From assembly GCF_009834535.1 (NCBI RefSeq), contig NC_045696.1:6946001-7010000 (forward strand): a stretch of 64,000 bases of DNA, read 5' to 3'. Position 1 is the stretch's first letter. Every line of letters begins with the position of its first letter. This document shows, in pieces, positions 1 to 14,077 of the stretch. A model generated the notes under the pieces. The model searched no databases, was not told where the DNA came from, and was given only the letters and a program-made list of their open reading frames with translations. Position numbers and translations under genes: made by a program. This DNA is from Camelus ferus. Its lineage: Eukaryota.

Positions 1-524
1 GGCACATATTTCATTAGCAAGAAATCCTGGCTCTGACTACAGCGAGGAGACTGACCTCTCAAGTCTACTGTGTCACGGGCGTAAACACTTTCCTTCTTTC
101 TCAGTCTAACACTTCGAGGCTCTGAGAACACTTCCCTGTCTGCCTTCTCACCTCAGTGTCTCCCAAGGTTTGGATTGTGCTTGTGAGCAAAAATATTTGT
201 CATACAACCGAGGCAGCTCAGAAACTCAGCAAAGGAGAGATGGAACTTGACATCTCCAGGGGACATTGGCCATGTCAAGAAGCTTCCATCAAGTCTCCAC
301 GTTATTGAAAATCCCATTTGATGAAATGCAGACCGGGTGGTGGGTTGGAAAAGGGAAGTGGGCTGTTCTGAGCCCGGTTGATGGGAGCCTCCATGCGCTG
401 TGTCGTGAAGGAGCGGTGATTCACCCCATTCCCACCGGGCTTCCCTCCCTAACACGCTGTTTAGGGCTAAAGCCCTTTGTTGGAAGATGAGACAAACAAG
501 TTCCTTTCTTTCTCTCTTTCTTTC

Positions 525-1050
525 TTTTTAATTAATGGACTTTAAACTTTCAGTCTACGGAAAAATTGAGCAGAAAATACAGAGAATTTCCTTGTACCCC
601 CCTCTCTCCCTACCTCAAGGTTTCCCAACTATTAACGTCTTGCATTAATGGGGTACATTTGTTACAACTGTAACAATCTTGATGGACCAATATTGATACA
701 TGATTATCAGCTGCAGTCCAGTTATATCAGGGTCCTTTCTTATTGCACATTCTCTGGGTTTTGATGATCGTATCCATCATTATAGTGTCATACGGAACAA
801 TTTCACTGCCCCCAAAATCCTCTGGACCCCACCCTCCATCCCTCTCTCCCCAAGTAGCCCTTGGTAATCAGATATTTTTTACTGTCTCCATAGTTTTGCT
901 TTTTCTAGAATGTCATATAGTTGGAATCATACACACAGCATGCAGCCTTGCAGACTGACTTCTCTCACCTAATAATTTGCATTAAGGTTCTCCCATCTCT
1001 TTTCATGGCTTGATAACTCATCTCTTTTTAGTGCTGGATGATATTCACAG
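525..1050 (-). mobile_element. Ancient L1 3' end (L1MC-like)
   Basis: Typical old L1 3'UTR text: aaaattgagcagaaaatacagaga, ccccaaaatcctct, ttttctagaatgtcatatagttggaatcatac. Confidence 0.75.
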
Positions 1051-1179
1051 TCTTTATTTTATTCTCTCAAAGAAATCATTCTTATCCACGCTTTGTCTCC
1101 AATCCTCAAAGAGGCAGAATGACCCCAGAAGAGCAGAGGAATAGTAGGCAGTCAGAGACCCCCATCTTTCTCTAACTCC

Positions 1180-1221
1180 ACACGCACATGCACACACACA
1201 CACACACACACACATGCACAC
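1180..1221. repeat. Imperfect (CA)n microsatellite
   Basis: Seen directly in the sequence. Confidence 0.9.
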
Positions 1222-1952
1222 CTGTGCAGTGAAATGATAAGAAGCCTCCACACCTGGTAGGATAAGAATCCAGCCACGAGCCGACCTGAATCCCACTGAC
1301 TCCAACAGAGCCATGTTCAAAGTATACAGTGGCAGTATCCGCTGTCATTTCTCTTTCAAGAGTAGATTTTAAGTAGCTATAATTTCATTTGCGACTCCAG
1401 AAAAGTCATCACAGTGCCACACAGTCACACAAGCAAACCTGCAGAGGTTACAGTCGGCCCAGAATCAGCAGCACACAGTCTTTTACAGAGATACTCACTT
1501 ACTTTTAAGGAGTCCCTTCCTGTTGAAAAAGAAGCTCCAGGACCCAACTAACCTTTGACCTCCCTCAGCTCCTGTGAGTGAGTTGCTCTCAGTCAAAGTC
1601 GTCTCTCCCAGGCGCCTCTGTGACCCTCCTACCCAGTGAGCCCCAACTTCTGAAGCAGAGAAAGGCCGCTTCCTGGACGTGTGGGCAGCGGGGCTGCAGG
1701 CAGACGCACCCACGGACAGGTCAAGGGCAACGCCCGGGCTTTTTGCCAGTTTATGGTCCCCACGTGGCCCCAATTGCATTGCTGCACCTTGAAGGAACCC
1801 CATCAGCAGGTACCTCCCATGTTGACATGGGAAGACTAGAAGAGTGTCAGCCCAAAGCTGCCCTCACAAAACTCGGAATGAAGTGGGAGAAGGGAGTCTC
1901 GGTGTGTGTGAGACGCACCTGTGACCCGCCTCACTGAACGGGCTGAACGGAG

Positions 1953-3150
1953 TAGGGTCAGGACCGGGGCGGGGGAGGAGGCACTGAGCTCAGGTGCAAA
2001 ATGTAAGAGGGCACCAAAAACCTCAGGAATCAAGACAAATCCCACTTGTTACATATGTATTTATTGAAGGACAGTCAGTTTACAATGTGTCGATTTCTGA
2101 TGCACAGCACAATGCTTCAGTCATACATGAACATACAGATACTCATTTTCATATTCTTTTTCACCATAAGTTACTACAAAATATTGAATATATTTCCCTG
2201 TCCTATACAGTGTGAACTTGTTGTTTATCTATTTTGTATTTGTTAGTTAGTATCTGCAAATCTTGAACTCCCAATTTGTCCCTTCCCGCACCCCTCCCCC
2301 CTTGGTAACCATAGTTTGTTTTCTATGTCTGTGAGTCTGTTTCTGTTTTGCAAATAAGTTTGTCTTTCTCTTTTTTTAGATTCCACATATAAGTGATATC
2401 ATATAGTATTTTTCTTTCTCTTTCTGGCTTACTTGACTTAGAATGACAATCTCCAGGTCCAATAGGCGTATGAAAAAATGCTCACTATCACTAATTATCA
2501 GAGAAATGCAAATCAAAACTACAATGAGGTATCACCTCACACCAGTCAGAATGGCCATCACTTAAAAGTCCATGAATGATAAATGCTGGAGAGGTTGTGG
2601 AGAAAAGGGAACCCTCCTATGCTGCTGGTTGGAATGTAGTTTGGTGCAGCCTTTATGGAAAACACTATGGAGATTCCTCAAAAAACTAAAAATAGACTTA
2701 CTTACCATATGATCCAGCAATCTCACTCCTGGGCATATATCCAGAGGTAACCTTAATTCAAAAATATACATGCACCTCAATGCTCATAGCAGCACTATTT
2801 ACAATAGCCAAAACATGGAAACAACCTAAATGTCCATCAACAGATGACTGGATAAAGAAGTTGTGATATATTTATATAATGGAATACTACTCAGCCATAA
2901 AAAATAACAAAATAATGCCATTTGCAGTGACATGGATGTACCTGGAGGTTGTCATTCTAAATTAAATAAGCCAGAAAAAGAAAGAAAAATCCATTTGAAT
3001 GCAATACACTTTAAAAATTAAAATGAATGCAAAAAAATTCATGGTGAACAGAATATCCACATTTTAAACAAAGACAGGATCCAACTCAGCACTTGCTCAC
3101 AGGAGCCCGAGAGTAAGAACCTCGCTCTCCTCCCCCTAATTTCAACCCTA
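1953..3150. mobile_element. hAT-family MITE (MER96B-like) split by the inverted L1
   Basis: The left arm gcaaaatgtaagagggcaccaaaaacctcaggaatcaagacaaat and right arm aatgcaaaaaaattcatggtgaacagaatatccacattttaaacaaagacaggatcc are collinear with the MER96B consensus as I recall it. Confidence 0.6.
2048..2990 (-). mobile_element. 5'-truncated, 5'-inverted L1 (twin-priming structure)
   Basis: 2048-2460 is an L1 3' end on the minus strand. 2461-2990 is the upstream ORF2-end segment on the plus strand (atgaaaaaatgctcactatcactaattatcagagaaatgcaaatcaaaact...). Degenerate TSD: agacaaatcccactt (2033-2047) and agaaaaatccattt (2983-2996). Confidence 0.85.
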
Positions 3151-4899
3151 AGATGAAGCAGTGGGTGTGAAGATGCTCTGGAAACTGCAAAGAGCTATTC
3201 AAATGCAAGGGAATATTGCTAGGAGTATGTTATTGTTGCAAACAATAAAAGGGCAGTGACAATTCAGAGAAAAGGCAGCTGTGTCTGGATGGATCCAGGT
3301 GGTTCAAGAAAGTCCTTGTGAATCACAGAAGAGCTTTGACAAGGCGGGTCGAGTCACAGAGGTGGGAGGGAGGCCGGTGCGTCCAGGTAAGGGCACCAGG
3401 GACAGGCAAGGGCAGAGCAAAGGGTCCTTCACTTGCAGAGGTGGGGATGTAGGAAATGGGAGAGATTGTCTTAATTCACACAGAAGATGGGTGTTGACGT
3501 GTAAAAAGAAACATGTGAGAAGAGGCCGGAGTCTGGGGGCCTAAGAGTCTGACCAAGGAGTTTGGGATGCATGTGATAGCCCGAGGGGTTTCTCACGCTC
3601 AGAATCCTCTAATGTTAATTTAAAAGCAAGGACTGATGAACGGAAGCAATGCTGTTGCTGCCTTTGTATGTATATATAGACTTTTTTTTCATCTTAAAAA
3701 TAATACAAGCTTGTTTTATAAAATTAGAAAAATGCAAAACAGGGAAAGAGGGACACCTCCAGAAGTGTGATGCGTTCTCTTTCCACATTCTCTAGGAAGA
3801 GGTAGTCATGTTTGGAGGGCTAGTGCAGGAAACTTAGAAACAGAGGCGGCTCAAAAGCCAGCTGTATGAAAATGCTGACCTTAAGAAAACAAAACAGCAA
3901 CGTGTTGGGTGGAATAGGTCCGTCCTTTGGGAATTCTCACTCAGGCAAGCCCGGGCATACAAAATTGTACCCCAGGCCCTAGGAAGCTTCTGTCCAAATA
4001 AAACCCCTGCCACAGATGAACACAGTTCTTTTTCTAGGATGGAAAAAGCGAAATGGCCTTAATGCTTTGGGTCATGTTTTGCCTTCTTCTTTTCAAACAT
4101 TTGCTACAAGCTTCATGGTTAAGAACATTAGGAACATTTTCCTGTTCTTCTGACAGGTGTCATTCCTAAGTCTCTGACCAGCAGAGAGCAAGGACGCCCA
4201 GGGCGCCTGGTCCAATGGGCTGCAGGCTACTTACTGTCCAGGGTGATGTTCCATTGCCTCCCTTCCGTAAAGGTTAAGATTCCTCTCCGAGCACCCATGA
4301 AGCATCTCTTTCTATCAACAGATACCAGGAACACTGGTAAAAGAGCAGATTGAGAAGTCTGCTGCACCAGACGCTTCGTTTCCTTCAAGCGAATAGGCAG
4401 GTCCCAGAAGTGACAGCTGACATGTGGCCGTTAACTCCACTTTATACTAATCTTTAAAGATGCAATTCAGCTTCTAAAAGATGCCAATTCTTCACCTTTA
4501 ATTAACTAAGTGTAATACTTAGTTCTTAATAAAAAATAATAAAAACATGAGCTTAGCTCTCTTCTAAGTGCTGGAATGCATGGCACAGACAATAACCATG
4601 AGAAGACAAAATACAAGAAGCAAATATAACCATCCAAGGGTAGAGTGATACAGACCAGGCGCAGGTCCCAAGGGTCTGAATGCAGGAGCTGGACCATTGT
4701 GAGGTCACCAAAGGACTTGGGGAAGGCGCAGCTGTGCGTTGGGAAAGGACAGCAGAGGCAGGACTGAGCAGGTGAGGTGGAGGAGGGGCAGGTAGCAGCG
4801 AGCTTTGCTAGGAGAACAAGAGAGTCACCCTGGGTATGTGTGAGCTGCTATTATCTCCGAAAATTCTCACCACAAACAATTGTTAACAATTATTTAGCT

Positions 4900-5065
4900 T
4901 CTTAAACAATCCTATAAAGTAAATGCTTTATTGTCATTTCACAGATAACAAGGCTGAGAGATTAAGAAACATGGCCGAGGCCACACAGTTAATCAGGGGC
5001 AGACCTGGGTATCAAACCCAGCCTTCTGACTCCAGAATCCTTGCTCTTAACTGCTGTGCTATAAA
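4900..5065 (-). mobile_element. MIR SINE
   Basis: Core cattt-cacagataacaaggctgagagattaag...gaggccacacagttaat...aaacccagccttctgactccagaatccttgctcttaac. Confidence 0.8.
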
Positions 5066-5160
5066 CAGTAAGACATGGATAATCCAACTCTTTAGGGTCC
5101 TGCCACAGAGATAAGGTTGGTTTGATAAGCAGGGGAAAAGGTGGTAAAAAATGGTGTTTA

Positions 5161-5400
5161 GTATAAATTAAGAGTTTGGGATTAATAGATACACATTACT
5201 GTATATAAAACAGATAAACAACAAGGACCTACTGTATAACACAGGAAACTATATTCAATTTCTTGTAATAAGCTATAATGGAAAAGAACATTAATATATA
5301 TATGAATGTATATGCATAACTGAATCACTTTGCTGTACACCTGAAACTAATATTGTCAATCAACTACACTTCAATAAAAAATAAGATTAAAAAAAAAAAA
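5161..5400 (+). mobile_element. Truncated L1 3' end with poly(A) (cetartiodactyl-type)
   Basis: gagtttgggattaatagatacacattactgtatataaaacagataaacaacaaggacctactgtata...caactacacttcAATAAA followed by an A tail. Confidence 0.85.
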
Positions 5401-7529
5401 CTTTAGGAAAATCATCACACAAGGATGACCCAGAGAGGGCTGGGCGTAAAGAAAATTAGGGAGTTCTTGTACGAAATAAAGACACTGTGGCCAAGGAGAA
5501 AGGAGGCATACCTGGAGGGGATGCTTCAAACTGGAGCTACAAAAGGAATCTTCAGAAATCCAAGAGCAGATTGGGGAACTGGGGAGGGATGGACCAGCCG
5601 TAACCCTGGGATGATGATGGAGCCATATTCCCAGTGCTCTCAGCCCTGATGTAGGCGTTGGGCAGGGGCCTGCTTTGTGCCTACGTGGGGCAGCTAGAGA
5701 GAACTAGAGATGATGAAGTCGGTGTGCAACGTGTTAAAGTCCAAATTACAAAGAAAAGTCGACAAATCATCCTCCTCTCCAAAGACCCCACCTCCACGTG
5801 AACGCACATTCCTGTGGGTCTGCGGAGGGGAGGGAGGGAGGCCGGAGGTGAAGGAGGTTGAAGGAGAGCCTTAGGGCTTCCCTTCTCACAGGAAGGAGAA
5901 AAGAGCAGCCACATTTTCCTAACCAGGAGCTGTCCTGGTCCTGGGGAGATCAAGAACAAACAGGACATGGCGGCGGCTCCTGCCCTTGAAAATGAAGACA
6001 GGAAGGTGGAGTGACGGCCCAGCATGGGCCCGGGGGCACCCAGGATGCTACAGAAATGTCCAGAGAGCGTCCACTGAGCCCTGAAGCCTCTGACCCACCT
6101 GCCACCTCTCAACTTTTCTAGCCCAGCCTTCAAAGGCAACCCCCTGGGGCAACACAAATTGAAAGAAACAACCAGCAGGGATCAACAGCCACAATCAGTT
6201 ATTTAGCTCCTACTGTATACAGTCCACTGTGAGCCACACCCCCAAGGACACAGAAGCCCAGAAGCCCCTGAGACTGCCCTTGAGAGGCTAAATAGCCTGT
6301 TAGAGCAATAGCTGGGCACAGAGGAACAGGGCTTCACACTAATTATCAATTTGCTACTGCATTTGAATGAAAAAGATTTCTCCAACGAACTCATCATTTT
6401 CCCTGAGATGACACAGTCATTTCGCAGTATGGCTGTTGAGTTAATGCTGCGTTGCAGCATCTACAGCGTAGCGGGAAAGAGCGACGGCAGGTATCCTCAT
6501 CCCCCTGAAATAGGAAAATTACATATTTGTCCTGTTTTCAATGTACTTTATCAAATTTACTGGGGAATGAAATTTTTTTAATGTAATGTAAAAGATGTAA
6601 AACGTAAGGACGAGAAAACCAAATAAACTCCCACAAATCGTCAGCCAGAAATAGCAAGGAGCAAGAGAAACATATGCTATTCAGATAAAAATTGGAAAAT
6701 ACCAAGGTGGCAGCATAATCACTGGCACATTCCACTCAAGTCCCTAGAGCTTTATAATTTAGTCTTTTAAAATTAAACCCATTTAGAATGTTTAATTTTG
6801 CAGCGTTGCTTTAGCTGCTTTTTTTCGCTAGTGGAAAAAATCAGAGTAGAATTTAAGAGACTGATGATTCTAAAATAAATATTCAGTGCCTGAATAAAAA
6901 AAAAGAACCAAGCAATTTCCACCTATTGTAACCTGTACGTTGGCTGGATTTCTACCATAAAATGTGTGTCTACACACATGAATGTGCACACGTGTGTGTG
7001 TGAGTGTGTGTGTGTGTTTCTGTCAAGGAATCCTAAGTGTACAAACTAGAAGATTTCCGCTTCAACTATTGGGTATCAACATAATAACATGTGCAAATAA
7101 TGGTAAATTCTCTTGGCACGCTGCTCCTGCTGGGTATCCTTTTGAGATTAGGGTATGAAAATTCTTCTTTCAAGTATAATTTTGGAGCACTCTAATTTTT
7201 GGCTCTTTGTTTTTATCATAAATGTCTTTAAAAGTAGGGTCATAGACTAATTTGACGTGGATGAAGTAAAAGGCAAGCTTAGGATATAAGATTCTTCCCA
7301 ACAGAATTTTATCTGTGGATCACAGACGTATGGCTAAGTGTTTCTTAAAATATCTCTCCTGCAGTTCTAGTGTTGCAGTACCCAGAGAGGGGAAAGGTGT
7401 TCCATACTCAAATAAGATTAGCAGCCGTAGAATGCTGCCATACTGGGGAATCCGCACTGACCTAACCTGCGTCTCATAGACTGAACTTTCATCGGGGGCT
7501 GCAGACAAGCTGGCCTTGTGAGTTTCTGA

Positions 7530-10500
7530 CTGGTGCATAACCTCCAGCCCTGCCACCACGGCCGCTTTGTTCATGAGCCCACTGGGCAATGACAGTGGTG
7601 ACTGGGTTGAAAGAGGCTGACTGGTATCCACAGAACAGATCATCCTGTCCATTTGATTATTAAAATCTTTCTCTGCTGACGTCACCCTTTGGTGAGCACT
7701 TACATGGGACACAAATATCTTCACTTCCTTTGTCCATTCGGAGAGCTCTATCCACGTACCTCTTCCCAGGCTTCCTTGTCACCAATTTTCTAGTCATGTT
7801 CCTTCGAAGTCCTTGCCTATCCAGCCACGCTATTGGCCACAGCCCAGGAATCTGTACAGCCTCCCACCTCTGGCCATTTCTCCTTCCAGACAGAATGAAC
7901 AACCAGGCGCACTGACTGACATTTACAGTGCTCTCGTTCATACCCATCTCGTGTATATTCGCTCCCAGCTGATAATGGAGTGCTGCTCGGCGCGCCCAGC
8001 TTCATGGCTTCATGGGTCAGACAAAAGCCGATTCATGATGAGCAGCTGAGTTCACACGGTAATTTGGGCCCCATGGTTAAGTGTTTGGTCTCCACTAAGA
8101 AGTAAGCCAAAATTTTATTTCGATGGGAGAGTAGTTATCCGCAGAGGATGCCAGGGCTTTGCTATGAAATGGTAAGAATCCTCGCTGCGATTCAACTTGT
8201 AGAAGCCAGCCAGCAGCTTCAGACGGCATCTCTATCTGCCACCGACACTTCAAACATGACCAGCTACACTGGAAAATATGGTCCGAGTGGCAGAACAGCT
8301 TGTACGGCAGCCTGGACCTGTTGCAGAGCTTCCTGTTCTGGGCCCCACGATAAACTCGCAGCTTTTCAGGTCACTCAGTAAACGGACCAGAATAGCACAC
8401 CCAAGCAAGAAACACGTTGCCTCTAAAATCCAAACAGGCCCAGGAGACACTGTGCCTTACTTTCGGTTGTAGGAGAGACCAGTTGCAACAACTTATCCTT
8501 CACCTTAGTAAGGATACTGTGACATGCCCTGCACCGCTGGACCCCTAGACGCTTCATCAAGGCGTAAATGCCCTGAACTTTTTGTGGAATTTATTTCCCA
8601 ACCTCTGGCATGCAAACATCTTACCAACAAGCCTAGAGTAGTTACTACTTCTTGCCCACCAGGTCCAATCAGTATAATGTCATCAGTTTAACGAATCCGA
8701 GTGGTGTCCTGCAGGAGGGAGAGGTGACCAAGTTCCCCGAAGGTAGTACTATGGCTTTAGACTGCAGAGTTGCTCTACTCCCCCTGAGGTGGGGCAGGGA
8801 AGGTGTGCTGCTGGTCTCGCAAGCTGAAAGCAAACTGTCTCTGGTGATCTTTATTAACAGGTATAGAGAATAAAGCATTTTGCGAATCAGTAGCTGCACA
8901 TTAGGTACCAGGGGACATGCTAATTTGCTCAAGCAGCAAAACCACATCTGGAACAGCAGCTGCCATTGGAATCACCAGCTGACTGAGCTCCTGATAATCC
9001 ACTGTCATTCTCCAAGGCACATCTGTCTTCTGTACAAACAGGCTAGTTGAACGGGGCTGTGGTGGAAATCACCACTACTGGATCTTTTAAGTCCTTACTG
9101 GTCGCACTAATCACTGTAGTCCCTCCAGAAATGCAATATTACACTTGGTTTACTGCTTTTGTAGGTAAAAGCAATTCTAGCGGCTACCGATTGACCTTTC
9201 CTGCCCTAAGCCCTCACTCCATAGGTCAGGAAACCAGTGTGGCAACTCTACCCGTTGCTGGGTTTATCTATTCCAATTATGCGTTCCAGAACCTGGGGAA
9301 ACAACCACAGCGTGGGTCCCAGGACCCACTGAGCCCACTGTGAGATGGACTTGACATTGACCACCTGACTCCATAAGCCCCTACCCTGACTGGTGGACCA
9401 CAGTGATGTTTTGGATCTCCTAGAATCTGTATCAGTTCTGATATCAGTAAACTCTAAAATAACTCATTATTTCCTCTCTCCAGTGCATAATGACCCTAGT
9501 AAATGGCTGCAGATCCCTCTGGAGAAGCCTGGGAGAAGGGTTAATAGTGTAAAGGTTTGACAGTGCGCTGAGACCCTTCCTCTTGGGGGCCTCACCCCTC
9601 CTTGACTACAGAGGTTCTGGGTCTACAAACTGACCCAGATCTGGGAAATGATTCGGGAGCTACGACTCTCTGTTTTGCTGTGTCAGCCTAGACTTCTGTT
9701 CACTAGACCTAGAGCTCTTCCACTCATACAGGTCAAGGAAGAATTTAGTTGACTCTTCATCCGCTTCTTGTCTAGGGACACCATGATCAGCCCGCTACAC
9801 CGCAGTCCCTGTGAGCCAGGCTGTAATGATTACCACTTTGAATTCACTGTCCCTTACAGTAACCATGACCACCTGTGCTTTGCAATTAAGTGCCAGCACT
9901 TGATTCCTGCCACCCTGGGATCCAATTACCTCGTTGTGCTTAGGGACCTCAGTTCAACGGTAGCAGTTACCACTGCAATTTCTACCCCACAGAGAAGACC
10001 GAACACAGAGCCCTTCAAGGACCTGGAGTTCCCCACACCAATTTATTTCTCACACTCCTGGTGAAAGATGAGTCCGGTGAATCCTCCCTGAGTGAGTGAG
10101 CAGGTCAGGTCTTGGAGGGTAGTTCGTCTTGAACATTTCAGTCTGTCCGAAGCCTTTGGTTGCCATCCTCCACAGTGCACTCAGGCAGTTCTGACATTCC
10201 AAATTCATCTAGTGTTGGCCATTTTTGAGTCTGTTTCAACCAAAATACATTTTTAGAGCCCTTTCTAACCCTCAAGATAAAATATTGAATCCAGAATGTC
10301 TGCCTAGTGGGTCTTTATCAATGGCGGGGTAATTCTTGAAAAGAATCCACAGTGTCTTGCAAGACCACTACCTCAGGGGAGGCCACTGCAGGTTCTTCAG
10401 ACGAGGCAGGGTGAGCCTCCTCAGAGGGGGCAGAAGGGTTGCTTCCACTGGCAAAGAAGACTGGGCAGAATCATGAGGATCTGCTCACATGTCCCCATCC

Positions 10501-10545
10501 CAATTTTCAGGATCCAGTTCCTTCCCAGTCAATCCCCCAACTTAC
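7530..10545 (-). mobile_element. Decayed ERV-L internal region (gag-pol remnant), no flanking LTRs recognised
   Basis: Minus-strand peptide remnants typical of HERV-L/MERV-L pol: KIFVSHVSAHQRVTSAEKDFNNQMDRM (RNase H end), CTDSWAVANSVAG, and a degenerate RT motif *TDDIILIGP near 8660-8695. There are many stops and frameshifts. Confidence 0.85.
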
Positions 10546-13500
10546 AGCAATTTTCAGATTCTGTTCTCTGGAGCTCTGGAAAATCTCAGGAGGAAAGGAG
10601 AGGTAAGGGGTCAGATTCTAGGTGAGCCACCATGGCATCAGAGACACTCATACAGAGATACGATTACAAACACTGGGTTTCTCTGTAAGGTTGTGTTTGA
10701 AAAATAAAAATGTTCTGCTATAAAAAAAAAATTGAGAACAGGACCGAATCAGGTCTTAAGTTTTCCTCAACTAAGAAAACCGACAACTGTCTGAAACTGA
10801 AAACAAGGAAGTAAGTGTATCTGAGAGGGTGTGCACTGATGGTCAGAGGCAGGCACAGAGATTAGCACATTTTGCCCGAAACTCTACATTTTCAGGAGGA
10901 GCAGAGATACAGTTTTCATCCTTAACATCACATGAGCTCTTAGGGAACTTTTACATGCAGGGCTGTCCAAACTGACATCAGCTTGACCTCAGCCCAACCC
11001 TCACACCACCTCACATCACCCTTTGCCCTGCGAGGCCACTTCACCCATCTGTGAGCTGGTCAGCATTGGTCTGACCTCGGAACAATCCAAGCGTTGTGCT
11101 CTCTGTCAGGCTCTGATGACCCCAGTTCCCACAGAAGTAATTACATCAATTGTGTTAAGGAAACCAGAGCCCAGAGCTGAAGAGCTGAACAAAGCCTTTA
11201 ACCAGAATGAGGCTGAATCAGTGACCATCTATGCAGCATTCACCAACACCTCCTAGGACAGACTTCCTCAGGCTGATTCATCAAGGCTGATATTTCCTCG
11301 TAACTATTACACCTGCATCCAGGTAAACTCCCACCAGAGCTGTGGATCCACCTTGAGAAAATAGCTGGGCTTCCCCCAAACACGTTGCCACAGTCCTGTG
11401 CATGAATTTCAGGCCAACTGCGCACTCAAAGCCCTGGGGCCGTTCTGCGCTATTGCCTCCTGTGCTTGCTGGAGGCAATACCAAAATCAAAGAGTGTATG
11501 CACCTTAAATAAATCAAGTGCGACAAACTCGTAGGTCTGTGGCACATCATAAAGAGCTGTCCCCACCTCTGCGGGACAGCGGGACAACTGGGACGGCTCC
11601 TGCCTCTGTGCGCTGTGTGGCTCCAGCTCCACCTTCCGCTTGTAGATCCAACTGTTTTATTTCGGTTGCTCAATTTTTTCCATTTTTCTTCTTTCTTACT
11701 TTTTCCTTTAGTTTGATACATTTGGTAAGAATAAGGGATGGCCAGAAATCTTAGAGATACAAGCACAGTAACTCCTAAACCAGCTGGGATGTCTTCCTAT
11801 GATGTTGCTATCAGTGTGCATGTTCAGAAGCCAAAATAAAAGCACATGGCTCCTCAGAAGGTTCCCTGAGTGTCCCAGGTGTCCCTGACCGCCGTATCAC
11901 ACAGCAGACGGCCCTGAGCATCACGTCACACGAAGATGTCCCTGACCGCTGTGTCACAGTGACCTGTATGTGGCGGCCTCAGAGAATCAACTCCACTAAC
12001 CAACCTGCTCAGGAAGGACAAATAGGCTGACATAGTGGCTGAGAATAAAAAATCAGACACCTCACGATGACTCATACAGACACTTGAAAATAAAAAATCC
12101 ACACACAGCCACCTACAGTATTTTAATTTAAAAATTTTACCCAAGTCCTGTGGAATCATAATTTGCATGAAAACCCACATTTCTAAAATGGTTTTCAGTT
12201 CTCACATCTGATTTCCCAGACTTCCAGACTTCTGGGTCTCCCTCTAAGTACAGATCATTTCCCAAGCTTTGGTACATAAAATACAAACACCAATTTAAGC
12301 TGAAGTTTAACCAATCCACTCTTCTAGGGGAAAAAAGAAAATGAACTTTAAATCCTCATCTCAGAATTTTTCAAAAAGACAACTTCAGGATTTGGGTGGG
12401 AGAGGAAAAACAAAGCTTTTGACCACCATCTCTTTCATCGGGGTTCCTAACTTTTCTGCCCTCGACTCACCCCGCTCATCTTGGCTGGGAGGTGGCGGGA
12501 GGGCAGGATTGACAGCCCCAGCCCCTTCCCTAGAACAATTCGCTCATTTCTTCCAGCTGCCTCCTTCTCTGTGAAGGGTAGGGTTTGAACTAAAGAGTTC
12601 CAAGTTCCCTTGCAGATCGTACACACCACAGCTCTACTCTCTTTTTGACACTCTGCCCCATCCTGTGCTGTCATTCATGGATTTGAAAGCCAACCTGGGA
12701 ATACAAATGATGACACACACCTAGGATTTCTCTGGGATGTGGACAAGGCAACTCAAATTCCCCCAGGTCTCTTCTTTTTCACCTGGACAAAGATGTGTGT
12801 CCCACAATTCTTAGAGCTACCAGATATGAGGTTCAGAATGATTCTGATCTCATACACAGAGTTTCCAGAGCTAAGATGTGGCATACAGGAGCCAGGAAGA
12901 CCCTCAGAATATCAATGGTGGCCTCATCAGTGGTGCCCCATTTGTCTAGATTCAGCCTTCCTTTACTTTGGTGCAACTGAAAAACAGGCAGAGTGTGCCC
13001 CTTCCCTTCCCAGGGACCTTCCTCAAGCTGTCTCGGGGGTGCCCTGCCCCATGTCGACTTCTCAGACCCACAGCTTCCCACCCCATTCCTGCCATCAAAG
13101 TTTACTGGGCCAGTTTGCATTTCCTCTGTCTTCTGTTCCAAATGGACTATGATGGGAGCTAATGGATTAAATGCGTGACCAAAATCCTGCCAAAAACCGA
13201 GGCAGTCACTGTGTTACCCACCCCCATGCCTTCTGTCCCTGCACCCATCCCTTTCTAGCCTAGTGACAGCCCACTGTCTCCTAAAGGGCTCATGTCGAAC
13301 ACTGGAGACAGGCCCCTGGAGTGGGTATCTAAGGCGTGGTAAGCAGGCTTTCAGTGGCCCAGATCCCATTGCAGGAGAAGCACCCTACACCCCCCATCCA
13401 TGGTCCAGCACAATCACACATTTGTATTCATCTTTATCCTAACCCCTCCCAGAAGATAGCTGCCCAGAACTACACTGTGTTTTCTGTAGATGTAAAATTC

Positions 13501-13623
13501 ATGACTACATTGCCTAGGGCACAGGATGAGAGTGTTACATTTAACATCAGATAACTTTGCAGCTTCTAACCAATGGTATGCTGGTAAATTGTTTATCAAC
13601 AGACTCTCCAGGAAAAATAATGT

Positions 13624-13624
<1 letters not shown>

Positions 13625-13654
<30 letters not shown>
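13625..13654. repeat. (CA)n microsatellite
   Basis: Seen directly in the sequence. Confidence 0.95.
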
Positions 13655-13656
<2 letters not shown>

Positions 13657-14077
13657 AGCTCATAATGAACTGTGCTGGTCTAAAGGATGGATAGCACGGA
13701 ATTTACAAATAATAATATACATGGTAATTTTTATTGTAAATTCCACATAACCTAATGTTTTTATGGAACTTTGCTGAACTCCTGTTTCTTTAGCCAACCT
13801 ATGGTTGCAATTGACAAATGAGTGTCATTCCAACATGAACGTTGGTTGAGACCTTCATTTCGTGAAACAAAGAAGGTGAAGATGCATATCAGAACTTCAC
13901 TCACTCACCAATGCCTTGAACAACTGCTTTACTGAATCAAATAATAGTTTTCAGATACTAGAAGAATATCTCAGGGGTTTTATGGTGGTATTCACAAGGT
14001 AACAGATACAGACATGAGACATTCTAAAGTTTAATCTGCATTAGTAACAATGCCCCATTCCTTTCTTAAATCTAAAG

